Shown here one piece after another: positions 25,983-34,784 of a stretch of 34,784 nt of DNA. Location: the sequence record SRR31156797_13577; one strand, written 5' to 3'. How positions within the stretch are numbered: the stretch's first letter is position 1; the number at the start of each line of letters is the position of its first letter. The notes under the pieces were generated by a model. That model ran no database searches. It was not told the origin of the DNA and worked only from the letters and a program-made list of their open reading frames with translations. The position numbers and the translations under genes are program-made.

Positions 25983-27138
25983 AGGATTTTACCATGTCGA
26001 AATAGTGCTTGCGGCATTGGTTCTCAATGTCGAGAAGCCTTTCAAAGGCTTTGTTAAAATCGTTTAAACCCGCCGTGAACAGTCCGTGTCCATGAACAAT
26101 TGCCGAGCCTGATGACGCTATGGCCGGTGGGAGTGTGTTGCAGAGCCCCGTGGGACCGGTGCCAACTTCGCCGGGAACAATAGGGATGCCTTCCACCGTA
26201 CGACATTCCGTGCATTTGATGTGGCATTCACCCCGGTTGGGGCAGTCCGTTTTATCACAATCCATGGACATAATGACGGAAAATTTAGGGTGGCCGTGAA
26301 GGATGCAACGGTAACCGGAACGCTGATACACATCCTCATGTGCCGAGAGTTCCGATGAAGCTGTCAGACCAGTGGTTGCGCTTCCATCCATGGGGCATGG
26401 GTCAATGCAACCTTCAAGCTCTTCAAGAGAGCTTCCGGTCTGGGAAATGTAGACGGTATTATTGAGATTGTAGGAGATATTGCCGAAAAATGAATCGACC
26501 AATCCATATCCCACCACATGACGACCAGTTTCGGCCATGGCTGCGAGAACAGTCTCCTCATCGGTAAAGGGACCGGATACTTGCTGAGGTAATGTAGTGT
26601 GTTGTTTTGGCAAATTTTTTACCACATGCTGAAATACTTCGCGGTACTCATCGTCGAGAGTTTTGTTGCGTAATTTGTTCAGGTAGTCGGAAAAAAAGAG
26701 CACAAAACAGGCGAATATGGTCGACGAATAGAAAACGAATCCCTGTTCAGGGCTGACTGTGCCGCAGGAGATAATACCTTCACCGGGAATGATGACAGCT
26801 TTGCGTTTCTTGAGACTGGCTTCCATGGCCGAAGCCGTGAATTCTCGACAAATCGGGATGTCGTGCAGAAATGTACGGGTCTCGGTGTCTTGCGGGCGAA
26901 TGGCCGAATCTGTGCGTCCGGCCAGAAAGTCGAGGATGGTGGCATATGGTTCTGCTGGTTTTGAAAAGACCAGAGAATTGATGGACAATACATCGAAAAG
27001 CTTGGTGAATTTTTCAGTGCGCGGGTCTGGTCGATTCCACACCAGTTCGGCATCAAGGCCGCCTATGATGGGATCATTGGGGGCGGCCAGACCTTGAGTT
27101 ACCAGTTTTTTTGCGTATTTATCGCACAGGCGTTTCAT
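25975..27138 (-). CDS. Class II aldolase/adducin-family protein
   Basis: C-terminal domain with GNIS, ISQTGS, ASSEL..H..VY, LHGHP, VHGHGLF; N-terminal half looks like a degenerate second copy. Confidence 0.8.
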   Translation of the reverse strand: MKRLCDKYAKKLVTQGLAAPNDPIIGGLDAELVWNRPDPRTEKFTKLFDVLSINSLVFSKPAEPYATILDFLAGRTDSAIRPQDTETRTFLHDIPICREFTASAMEASLKKRKAVIIPGEGIISCGTVSPEQGFVFYSSTIFACFVLFFSDYLNKLRNKTLDDEYREVFQHVVKNLPKQHTTLPQQVSGPFTDEETVLAAMAETGRHVVGYGLVDSFFGNISYNLNNTVYISQTGSSLEELEGCIDPCPMDGSATTGLTASSELSAHEDVYQRSGYRCILHGHPKFSVIMSMDCDKTDCPNRGECHIKCTECRTVEGIPIVPGEVGTGPTGLCNTLPPAIASSGSAIVHGHGLFTAGLNDFNKAFERLLDIENQCRKHYFDMVKSYE

Positions 27139-28886
27139 TGATCCAGTCCAAGTCGTTTTGTGGTTTCCGGGGTGGGGCTGCCGTTTTTATCCAGCCCTCG
27201 AACCTGATAATAATTTGCTCGTGCCGTGAGAAAATCCGTACGGTTAAGCGGGGGGATATCCACGCCGCCACCCGAAGTGCCTGGTTCGGTGAAGAAGCGA
27301 GTTGGCAAGTCGTCGTCACTGGACGTAAAACCATTGGCAGCGTTCATAATACGCTCATTATAAATGATGCGTTCTCCGGTTTCCAACAGGTCCTGACCCG
27401 ATATATGCATGCCAGTAACAGCTGTGAAAGCTTTAGTGTATTCTTCCAGACTGGCTGCGAGAAAGGTGAATCTGCATACCGTCAGAGAATCTATTATTGC
27501 ATTGATATCTTCAGCTATTTTGATGATGCGAGCTTTGCCGCTGAATGAGAATCGGTCTGTGGCGACGGGTTTACGCAGAATTTCGTGGCTAAGTGGATAG
27601 GCCTGCAAATGGCATCCTCCCCGTGTGCTCGTGGCATAGGCCAGAGCCATCCCATAGGCTCCGCGCGGGTCATAAGCCGGAAGGTCCATTCCTTTGACAG
27701 ACATGGATGCTTCTAGTCGACCACATGTATTGGCAAAGAATAAAGAGCCGTGTCCGAGGTCGCCGCCTTCAGCCATTTCATGCAGAGCATTCAATAGCGA
27801 TTCTCGTGTATACTCTTGCTCGGTGATCTCGCGATGGCAGGCAAGGGTTGAACCAACAGAAATAGGGTCCATACCGAGTTGATTGCACAGGTCGTTTGCA
27901 TCGAGAACCAATTCCATGTCCCGGTTGCCGATAAGGGCGGTAAAATGGGCCATGGCTTCATATTCAGGTATGGAACGTCCATCCTGTGCAATTTTTTTAC
28001 ACAGGATGTGACAGCCACTACAGCCGTGCTTTTGGGGGGCGAACTTTTTTTTGTAAGCGGAGGCATTGAGCTGACGGGCATTGGGGAAGCGTGTTTTCTG
28101 AAAATTGTCCGTGGGCATCATGCTTCGAGAGTCCATGAGGTCGAAGAGAGAGCCTGTCCCCCAGCAGGAAAAGCCATGCTGTCCCATAAGAACCGGTGAT
28201 GCTGCAGTGAGACGGAATATATCTTCGCGCGTTTCCTTAAGAGCACCCATGTCGTGTACATGGGGTTCCCCTGTCCCTTTCACTATGAGATATTTGAGAT
28301 TTTTCTCAGCCCATATGCGGCCGAGTCCGCCTCGGCCAGCCGAATGATGCCAGTCAACCATGACAGAAGCGAGGGGGGAACCATTTCCTGCTGCCGGACC
28401 AATACAGGCCACGGAAGCACCCGTCAGTATAGATGGTTCGAGGTGTGTAAAAACTTCGGCCGAAGTCATACCATGGAGGTTTGATGGCGTGATTTGGACT
28501 TCGCTATCGAGAATTTCAATGCCGCAGGGAGTGTCGCTTTTGCCTGTGATCATCAGACCGTCGTACCCAGCACATTTGAGCTGAGTCGCAAGTCTGCCTC
28601 CGACCGATGAGTGACATATCGCGCCGGTCAACGGGGAGCGTGACATGATGGTGCAGCGCCCGGAAGTAGGTGCAATGGTGCCGGTCAGCGGACCGGTGAA
28701 TACAAGGATTGGAAGAGCCGGATTGGTCCATTCCCGAGTGGCATGGGGTGTGAGATAGTGCCCGGCAAGCCCTCTCCCGCCAATGTATTTTTGGTATATA
28801 GCGTTGTCCGGGTGATCACGGGTGACCTCTTTGGTGGTCAGATCTATATGCAGGATTGTGCCTGTCCAGCCGAAGTATTCTTTCAT
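27135..28886 (-). CDS. Aldehyde:ferredoxin oxidoreductase family (W/Mo-pterin) enzyme
   Basis: GWTG.ILHIDLT, YIGGRGL, SPLTG, CIGPA, AGRGGLG, CSGCHILC, PEYE, GMDPIS, YDPRG, RGGCHL, DSLTVC, DDDLP.RF. Confidence 0.92.
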   Translation of the reverse strand: MKEYFGWTGTILHIDLTTKEVTRDHPDNAIYQKYIGGRGLAGHYLTPHATREWTNPALPILVFTGPLTGTIAPTSGRCTIMSRSPLTGAICHSSVGGRLATQLKCAGYDGLMITGKSDTPCGIEILDSEVQITPSNLHGMTSAEVFTHLEPSILTGASVACIGPAAGNGSPLASVMVDWHHSAGRGGLGRIWAEKNLKYLIVKGTGEPHVHDMGALKETREDIFRLTAASPVLMGQHGFSCWGTGSLFDLMDSRSMMPTDNFQKTRFPNARQLNASAYKKKFAPQKHGCSGCHILCKKIAQDGRSIPEYEAMAHFTALIGNRDMELVLDANDLCNQLGMDPISVGSTLACHREITEQEYTRESLLNALHEMAEGGDLGHGSLFFANTCGRLEASMSVKGMDLPAYDPRGAYGMALAYATSTRGGCHLQAYPLSHEILRKPVATDRFSFSGKARIIKIAEDINAIIDSLTVCRFTFLAASLEEYTKAFTAVTGMHISGQDLLETGERIIYNERIMNAANGFTSSDDDLPTRFFTEPGTSGGGVDIPPLNRTDFLTARANYYQVRGLDKNGSPTPETTKRLGLDQ

Positions 28887-28979
28887 GGTTGAAAGATTTC
28901 ATGAACCGTCTGAAAAGGCAACCGGTTCAGCGCCTTGACCCCACAGGTTAAATGGGTATTCTTGATCGCCGGAGGATAC

Positions 28980-29510
28980 ATGGCCGAAAAGAAGATAGAT
29001 AAAGCCCGTCGTAACTTTTTGTTTGGAGCGGTTCGTCGCTTCAAGAACGAGGACCCGGATCAGCCCGTGGCGTCCACCGCAGAGTGTGTGGAAGCGATCA
29101 AGGATGCCAACGGTCTTTACGTGGATGGAGAGTTCGAGGCTGCGCGTGACAAATATAAGGAATGTCTTAAGTCGGATCAGAATGATGCCGACGTGCGCTA
29201 TCGACTGGGAGTCTGTCAGTATAAGCTGGGCAAGTATCGTCAAGCGAAGGTTGAATTTGAGCGCACTTTGCGTATTGACCGCTCATATCAGGACGCATTC
29301 CTGTATCTTGGATTAACGCTGGTAAGACTAGGTAAGCCGGAAAAGGCGCCGGGGCTGTGGACACAATATTTCAATATCAAGGCTGTAGTGGTTCAACGGG
29401 AGTTGAATTTGCAACTTGGCTTGCTGGAAACGGGTGTTGTCGACCCGCCCGAAGTCATTGCGGAGGCCGTGGAAGCGGCCATCAAGGACGCCGGTGAAGC
29501 TGTCGGTTGA
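28980..29510 (+). CDS. Tetratricopeptide repeat protein
   Basis: TPR-like helices (YRLGVCQYKLGKYRQA..EFERTL; AFLYLGLTLVRLG); RBS GGAGG; N-terminal RRNFL. Confidence 0.85.
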   Translation: MAEKKIDKARRNFLFGAVRRFKNEDPDQPVASTAECVEAIKDANGLYVDGEFEAARDKYKECLKSDQNDADVRYRLGVCQYKLGKYRQAKVEFERTLRIDRSYQDAFLYLGLTLVRLGKPEKAPGLWTQYFNIKAVVVQRELNLQLGLLETGVVDPPEVIAEAVEAAIKDAGEAVG

Positions 29511-29533
29511 TCTTAAGTGTTTGGTTAAAAAAT

Positions 29534-29566
29534 AAAGCCCCGATCCTGTTGAAGGACGGGGCTTTT
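29534..29566. terminator. Bidirectional terminator
   Basis: AAAGCCCCGATCC...GGACGGGGCTTTT between convergent genes. Confidence 0.8.
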
Positions 29567-29591
29567 GATTGCTTTTTATATGGATTCGAGG

Positions 29592-30065
29592 TTAGCAGTT
29601 CCCTTTGATTTTGTCGTCGCTCGCTTGCTGGGCGATTTTCGTCATCTGGGCGCGGATATAGTTGGCTGCGACATCCCCGAGATCTTCATTACCGGACGCG
29701 GACAGGCCATGTTCTTTCAAATCTTTGTCGATTTGTTTTTCCATGCGTTCGGATTCAAGAAACATGATGTAGGCAAGTATCAGGGCTGCATTGTTGTTTT
29801 CGCATCCGTCACAGAGTAGCTCAATATTTTTTGCGTCAACGGTTTCTAGAAGCCGGTCAATAAACATGATGATCCATTTTTCATATAGATCATGCATGAT
29901 CGGTGGAATGAGACTGGCAACCTTATCGGAGGCGTTGCCGGAGGTCCCTGTCACAGCCATGAACTCATTGAGTGCTTCAAGACGTTTGCCTTCGTCCTGC
30001 TCTTCCACTTTGGTAATGATAATGGCAAAAATATGTTCTCGTATCTGCTTGGGCGTCATGCTCAT
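29592..30065 (-). CDS. Hypothetical helical protein
   Basis: ATG (MSMTPKQ) after GGAG; upstream TTGCCC-17-TACATT promoter-like sequence; acidic helical composition. Confidence 0.75.
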   Translation of the reverse strand: MSMTPKQIREHIFAIIITKVEEQDEGKRLEALNEFMAVTGTSGNASDKVASLIPPIMHDLYEKWIIMFIDRLLETVDAKNIELLCDGCENNNAALILAYIMFLESERMEKQIDKDLKEHGLSASGNEDLGDVAANYIRAQMTKIAQQASDDKIKGNC

Positions 30066-30226
30066 TTCAAAAAATCTCCACTGTTCTTCAATCTTTTCGG
30101 CAAATCGGAATGTATCGTAATGTTCTTGGACGGGCAAGGGGCTATGAGAAATCCATTTTCTTTCACATCAAATCGGCGTATGCAAAAATCCCATACTCGA
30201 AATAAAGTTCCCCAAGGAAGCTCTCC

Positions 30227-31513
30227 ATGGAATCTCTCATTACCACACTTGCGCCATTTCTCAAGGTTCTGATTGCCTTTTGCATCATGTTAGCCGGTAT
30301 GCGGTTCAAGGTAGGCCTTGGTTTGTCTATTCTAGTGGGCGGTGCTGTCATGGGATTTATGTTCGGACTCGGGCCGGTCCCCCTTGTAAAAGCAAGCGTT
30401 ATGGCATTGACTCAAGAGAAGTTTCATTTCCTGATTGCCATCGTCGGGCTGATCCTCATTCTTTCAGACGCCATGGAACGGTCTGGGCAGTCCAAACGGC
30501 TTATGAACGCATTATCCGGGTTCCTGACAAGTCCACGTTTGAGGCTTGTTTTTTTCCCGGCTCTTATCGGATTGTTGCCTATGCCCGGCGGAGCTGTATT
30601 TTCTGCTCCCATGGTTAAAACCGTATCGGAGGACATGCGAATCAGTAATTCCGATCGAGCTGTGGTCAACTATTGGTTCCGGCATGTCTGGGAACTGGTT
30701 TGGCCGTTGTATCCCGGTATTATTTTGACACTTGGATTAGCCGATATTCAAATATTAGACCTTATTTCATATACTTGGCCAGGAACTCCGGTCATGCTGC
30801 TTGCAGGATGGTGGTTTTTTTTGCGGCCAGGAGTCCTTGATGCCAGTGAGTTGGTTGTGGAAAATCTGCCCACTACGCGGAGCAAGAAGGCTGCCTTTAA
30901 GGAAGGTTTGCCGCTTTTGACCGCCATTGGTGGGGCTATTGGACTTGAGAGTATTATTGCTACCTTTTTCCCCTCCATTCCTTTTGAGTTGGGTGTAGTT
31001 GCTGCTTTGGCTGCCGCTGTATTGTGTGTCTTGTTGCAGAATACCCAGTTGGGCCTACGCTTTTTTCGAGACGTTCTGACCAAGAAAAGTCTGTGGTCCA
31101 TGGTTTTTGTTATTGTTGCGATTTTTGTTTTCAAGGATATTATGCAGGCTGCTGGTGTGGTCAGTGAAATGGCCCGAGTGGCTGGTGGTGAGGCTGCACT
31201 TTTTGCATCTGCCGCATTCTTACCGTTTCTTGTTGGATTGGTCGCAGGTATCAACGTAGCTTTTGTTGGTGCGACTTTTCCGCTTTTGCTTGGAGTGCTT
31301 GAATCTCTGGGCATGCAGGACCAGACCATTCGATATATCGTACTGGCGACATTCTCCGGCTTTACCGGGGTCATGATTTCACCAATTCATATTTGTTTCA
31401 TACTGACATGTCAGTATTTTCAGTGTGACTTAGCCCGTACTTGGCGTAAACTGGTGTGGCCATGTCTCATTTTTTTTGCTTCGGGCGTAACGCTTTTTTA
31501 TTTTTTGAAATAG
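30227..31513 (+). CDS. DUF401-family membrane protein (ion transporter superfamily-like)
   Basis: PALIGLLPMPGGAVFSAPMV, NYWFRHVWE..WPLYP, SPIHIC; ~12 TM segments. Confidence 0.8.
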   Translation: MESLITTLAPFLKVLIAFCIMLAGMRFKVGLGLSILVGGAVMGFMFGLGPVPLVKASVMALTQEKFHFLIAIVGLILILSDAMERSGQSKRLMNALSGFLTSPRLRLVFFPALIGLLPMPGGAVFSAPMVKTVSEDMRISNSDRAVVNYWFRHVWELVWPLYPGIILTLGLADIQILDLISYTWPGTPVMLLAGWWFFLRPGVLDASELVVENLPTTRSKKAAFKEGLPLLTAIGGAIGLESIIATFFPSIPFELGVVAALAAAVLCVLLQNTQLGLRFFRDVLTKKSLWSMVFVIVAIFVFKDIMQAAGVVSEMARVAGGEAALFASAAFLPFLVGLVAGINVAFVGATFPLLLGVLESLGMQDQTIRYIVLATFSGFTGVMISPIHICFILTCQYFQCDLARTWRKLVWPCLIFFASGVTLFYFLK

Positions 31514-31610
31514 AAGAAGTACAGCCCAAGACTTGCTGAATAGACTTTTTTTTTGTAAACAACATCTCTTCAAAGTAGATTATTTCAACCATGTATGAGG
31601 GGGACAATGA

Positions 31611-31991
31611 ATGAGCCAGTACGGTGAAATCTTTACTGACGACCTGTTGCTGACAATCTTTCCCGAAGAACGGGCGGATGCGTTTTTCGAGGCATTATTT
31701 GGGGATGCGGAAGAAGGGAGCTATGATATCTCACTTGGGTTTGTCGGAGAAAGTGATTCCTCACTCGATTTTGAGATGAGACTCATGCAGCGTCCCGGTA
31801 AGTGTTTGGCGTGTAACTTGACTTATGGCTTGCCTGAAGTTTTTGCCCGGCATCCTATTATCAATGTACAGGGTGTTGCAGACGCTGTGGCCGACGCTAT
31901 TGGTAAAAACTCCGCTGCCTGGAAGTTTGGTGCTACGCGAGAGCTTTCGCGGGAATTGCATGTCATCCCGTTGAATATCCGGCCTGAATAA
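31611..31991 (+). CDS. Hypothetical protein with CxxC motif
   Basis: FFEALFGDAEEG.YDI, RPGKCLACNLTYGLP.VF.RHP; RBS GAGGGG. Confidence 0.75.
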   Translation: MSQYGEIFTDDLLLTIFPEERADAFFEALFGDAEEGSYDISLGFVGESDSSLDFEMRLMQRPGKCLACNLTYGLPEVFARHPIINVQGVADAVADAIGKNSAAWKFGATRELSRELHVIPLNIRPE

Positions 31992-32008
31992 GTATTGTTG
32001 AGTATATG

Positions 32009-32047
32009 AAAAAGCGGCTCGGGGAGTAAGTCTTCGAGCCGCTTTTT
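32009..32047. terminator. Bidirectional terminator
   Basis: AAAAAGCGGCTCGGGGA...TCTTCGAGCCGCTTTTT. Confidence 0.85.
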
Positions 32048-32051
32048 GTGT

Positions 32052-32981
32052 TTATGGGATAGAGTCTACGAGAAGGGGGGCGCCTTTTTCCGGAGCCAGC
32101 CTGAGCGAGAGAGCATCCTTGGAACACACCTGCACACAGACGCCGCATCCCATACATTTGTCTTCGCGTATAAAGGCTGATTCCTTATTGAAGCCAATGG
32201 CTTTGAATTGGCATTTCTCGGCGCACAGGCCGCATCGGACACAATTCTCTGTGTTGACTTCAGCCAAATAACCGGATGAACAGAGCATGTTCATGCCGTG
32301 GCTCTGAGCCTTCATGGCCCCACAGCAACATGAGCAACAATTGCAGATGGCATAGAATCTTCCGAGCATGACATCCTTGAAAAAAGCGTGAGAAACATGG
32401 CCGCGAGCCTGTTCCGCCTTGATGATTCGGACGGCTTCATTTGCTGTGATTTGGCGGGTTTTGTCTGGATGGTGTTCTAACATGAAGGTGGCAAACGGAT
32501 CGCCGATGAGGATGCAGACGTCGATGGGCGTACACGGGTTCTTCATGCCGGACCGACAGGGGCAATCCAACAGGACTATTATTTCTGGGTTGTTGAGTAC
32601 TATATCTCGGGCGCGGGTGTACGGGAGAACTTGCTCTGAAACTTCAGTGTTCACTGCACGATTTATCTTGATCATCTTCACGGCTTCGTCCAGAGGCAAC
32701 GGTTTGCCGTGGTAGGAATCACCCCAAGTCGCTTTTTGTTGATTGGAGTCACCGGTTCGATTCTTGTCGTTGGATAGAAAGGGTGTGTGCTTATTGATGA
32801 TAAGGATCAATGGTGCCCAGAGATACCGCCACCATGGCTCCTTGTCTCCGGCCAGACCAATGTAATGGTAACACCAGCGGCCATAGACGTATCCGTGAAT
32901 GAAGTCGAAAAGGGATAAACCCTGCTTCCGACAGCTTTGGTAGTAATTGATGGTGGACTGCTTGACGAAGGGTATTTTCAT
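32052..32981 (-). CDS. 4Fe-4S dicluster protein with a CNCCxCCC motif
   Basis: CPCR...C....C, ICNCCSCCCG, C-terminal CVRCGLCAEKC and CMGCGVCVQVC; start uncertain. Confidence 0.85.
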   Translation of the reverse strand: MKIPFVKQSTINYYQSCRKQGLSLFDFIHGYVYGRWCYHYIGLAGDKEPWWRYLWAPLILIINKHTPFLSNDKNRTGDSNQQKATWGDSYHGKPLPLDEAVKMIKINRAVNTEVSEQVLPYTRARDIVLNNPEIIVLLDCPCRSGMKNPCTPIDVCILIGDPFATFMLEHHPDKTRQITANEAVRIIKAEQARGHVSHAFFKDVMLGRFYAICNCCSCCCGAMKAQSHGMNMLCSSGYLAEVNTENCVRCGLCAEKCQFKAIGFNKESAFIREDKCMGCGVCVQVCSKDALSLRLAPEKGAPLLVDSIP

Positions 32982-33121
32982 GGCGATTTTTGATTGTTGA
33001 ATGTGCAACGAGTCTTCTATAAATTTTACCGACCTGCCGAACAAAGTCAACACGGTGGCGCGCGACTTTTCAGTGTTTTTTTGCTAAAGGTCGTTCAGAT
33101 TAGCATATGGACGGGAGCATT

Positions 33122-33499
33122 ATGAACAACGAACAGATGGAATTAGCCCGCGAGCGAAACAGGCTTGCCAAAAATAGAACCCGACTTGCCAACAAGCGCA
33201 CCTTTCTTGCGTGGTGTCGGACATCACTTGCCTTTATGACCTTCGGGTTCCTGTTGGAGAAGGTCGATGTTTTCCTTGCGTCCAGGCATAACCCCGTGGC
33301 CGAGGCTGTGCTTTCCGATTTGGGAGTGCTTGGAAAGTTCGCTTTTATCGGTGGCCCTCTCTTGATGCTGTTTGCTGGATGGCGGTATTATAGGTTGGAA
33401 AAGGAGATCGGATTTTCCGGCGGAGGGTTGTATGTTTTTCCGGAAGTTGTTCTGTTCGGTTTTATCCTTTGCGGCGCTCTTCTATATGTTTTTTGGTAA
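33122..33499 (+). CDS. DUF202/YidH-family membrane protein
   Basis: RTRLANKRTFLAWCRTSLA; 3 TM segments; RBS GGGAG. Confidence 0.85.
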   Translation: MNNEQMELARERNRLAKNRTRLANKRTFLAWCRTSLAFMTFGFLLEKVDVFLASRHNPVAEAVLSDLGVLGKFAFIGGPLLMLFAGWRYYRLEKEIGFSGGGLYVFPEVVLFGFILCGALLYVFW

Positions 33500-33509
33500 A
33501 TAACGCCGC

Positions 33510-34448
33510 ATGTTTCGCATAATACTTGTCGGGGTCATAGCGGCCTTCTTTTTTAGCTCCACATTCGTGCTCAACCGAGCCATGTCCCTAGAGGGCGGAC
33601 ATTGGGTCTGGTCTGCGAGTCTTCGTTATTTCTGGATGCTGGTAATTCTTGGTGGCTGGTTGGCAATAACGGGTAAGGCTCGGCTTGGGCTGGATGCGAT
33701 CAAACTTTTTTTTCGACATTGGATATTTTGGACTGTGGCCGGATCTGTCGGCTTCGGTGTGTTCTATGCACTTATCACCTTTAGTTCGGTCTTTGCACCG
33801 GGTTGGGTTGTGGCCGCCACATGGCAGACCACTATTCTTGCAACTCCATTGGTTCTATTGGCTTTTGGCCGCAGGGTGCCACTCAAGGCATTGGCTCTGA
33901 CTGTCATCATATTCATAGGTGTGGTGTTGGTGAATCTGGAACAGGCTTCAGCGACTGGTTTACGCGAAGTGCTTTGGGGGGCATTGCCTGTGCTGGTAGC
34001 GGCCTTTGCCTATCCTTTTGGTAACCAGTTGGTCTGGGAAGCTCGCAAGGGCGAAAAATCGTTTGTGCCGTCTATTGATCATCCGGCTATGGACGATCCG
34101 TTTTGCAGGGTACTTCTTCTGACGCTTGGTTCTCTTCCTCTTTGGGCGATACTGATTGCGGTCACCATCCCGCCGCCGCCATCCGCAGGACAGGTCGCAC
34201 AGACAGCCCTCGTTGCGGTTTGTTCCGGTGTTATTGCGACCTCTCTTTTCCTTTATGCTCGGCATCATGCCCGTAACACAGCGGAACTCGCAGCCGCTGA
34301 TTGTACCCAGTCAATGGAAGTCGTGTTTTCTCTGGCAGGTGAAGCCATCCTTTTGGGGCACGTCATGCCCGGTCTCTTGGGATGGAGTGGAATCGCTTTG
34401 ACCATGATTGGTCTGATGCTCTATGTGACTGTTCAAAGTAGACAATAG
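33510..34448 (+). CDS. DMT-superfamily multidrug resistance efflux transporter family protein
   Basis: FFSSTFVLNRAM..GGHWVWSASLRY, PGWVVAATWQ, AYPFGN, SGVIAT.LF, TQS.EV.F; 10 TM segments. Confidence 0.82.
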   Translation: MFRIILVGVIAAFFFSSTFVLNRAMSLEGGHWVWSASLRYFWMLVILGGWLAITGKARLGLDAIKLFFRHWIFWTVAGSVGFGVFYALITFSSVFAPGWVVAATWQTTILATPLVLLAFGRRVPLKALALTVIIFIGVVLVNLEQASATGLREVLWGALPVLVAAFAYPFGNQLVWEARKGEKSFVPSIDHPAMDDPFCRVLLLTLGSLPLWAILIAVTIPPPPSAGQVAQTALVAVCSGVIATSLFLYARHHARNTAELAAADCTQSMEVVFSLAGEAILLGHVMPGLLGWSGIALTMIGLMLYVTVQSRQ

Positions 34449-34515
34449 TTTTCTGTTTTCGTGGTGCGGTTTTTGTGAATCGTACTGTTCATGATGAGTA
34501 AAGATATGCTGCAAT

Positions 34516-34546
34516 AAAAAAGGGAAGCCCGTTTGGACTTCCCTTT
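34516..34546 (-). terminator. Terminator of typA
   Basis: AAAAAAGGGAAGCCC-gttt-GGACTTCCCTTT. Confidence 0.75.
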
Positions 34547-34570
34547 GATGTGTGAATTGTTGGATGCGAT

Positions 34571-34784
34571 TTACTGCTCTTTAGGCTTTTTCTTCTTGCC
34601 TTCTTCGCGGTGACGAACCAGCGCAGACAGTTCCATCTTTCTGAGTCGGATAGAGATGGGAGTAACCTCGACCTGCTCATCATCCTTGATGAAGTTCAGG
34701 GCGTATTCCAGAGTCATGGGTTTGACCGGGGTGAGAATAACAGCCTCGTCCTTACCGGATGCACGCATGTTGGTGAGCTTCTTT
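34571..34784 (-). CDS. typA: Translational GTPase TypA/BipA, 3' end (partial)
   Basis: [41 protein letters not shown]-terminal signature. Confidence 0.93.
   Translation of the reverse strand, partial: KKLTNMRASGKDEAVILTPVKPMTLEYALNFIKDDEQVEVTPISIRLRKMELSALVRHREEGKKKKPKEQ

Overview
Mostly core-genome window from a sulfate-reducing Desulfovibrionaceae bacterium, probably Pseudodesulfovibrio-like (inferred from gene content and sequence style). In order: a REP-like palindromic element; a divergent etfB/etfA pair; rhodanese; a stand-alone receiver; rarD; a MocR regulator divergent from azlC-azlD-racemase; a long-chain acyl-CoA synthetase; cyclophilin; a second receiver; a pseudo-receiver/PAS sigma54 activator; a CxxC-less thioredoxin; PMM/PGM; an orphan solute-binding protein; TetR plus a C-GCAxxG-C-C protein; tRNA-Ala(CGC); a CgeB-like glycosyltransferase; rlmE-yebC-ruvC-[inverted secreted protein]-ruvA-ruvB; rubredoxin; an AOR-aldolase-CPBP operon; TPR, DUF401, Fe-S, DUF202 and DMT genes; and the 3' end of typA. 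No transposase, integrase or cas gene was seen. The best leads are: (1) a ~99-aa apolipoprotein/perilipin-like 11-mer amphipathic repeat inserted in the acyl-CoA synthetase; (2) an unannotated ~175-nt element after rubredoxin, bounded by a promoter and terminator, with three degenerate repeats at an exact 49-nt period (candidate modular sRNA); (3) an AOR coupled to a Cys-rich double-length class II aldolase; (4) an ETF with a rewritten flavin-site motif; (5) a CxC rubredoxin. All calls come from reading the sequence; no database searches were run.
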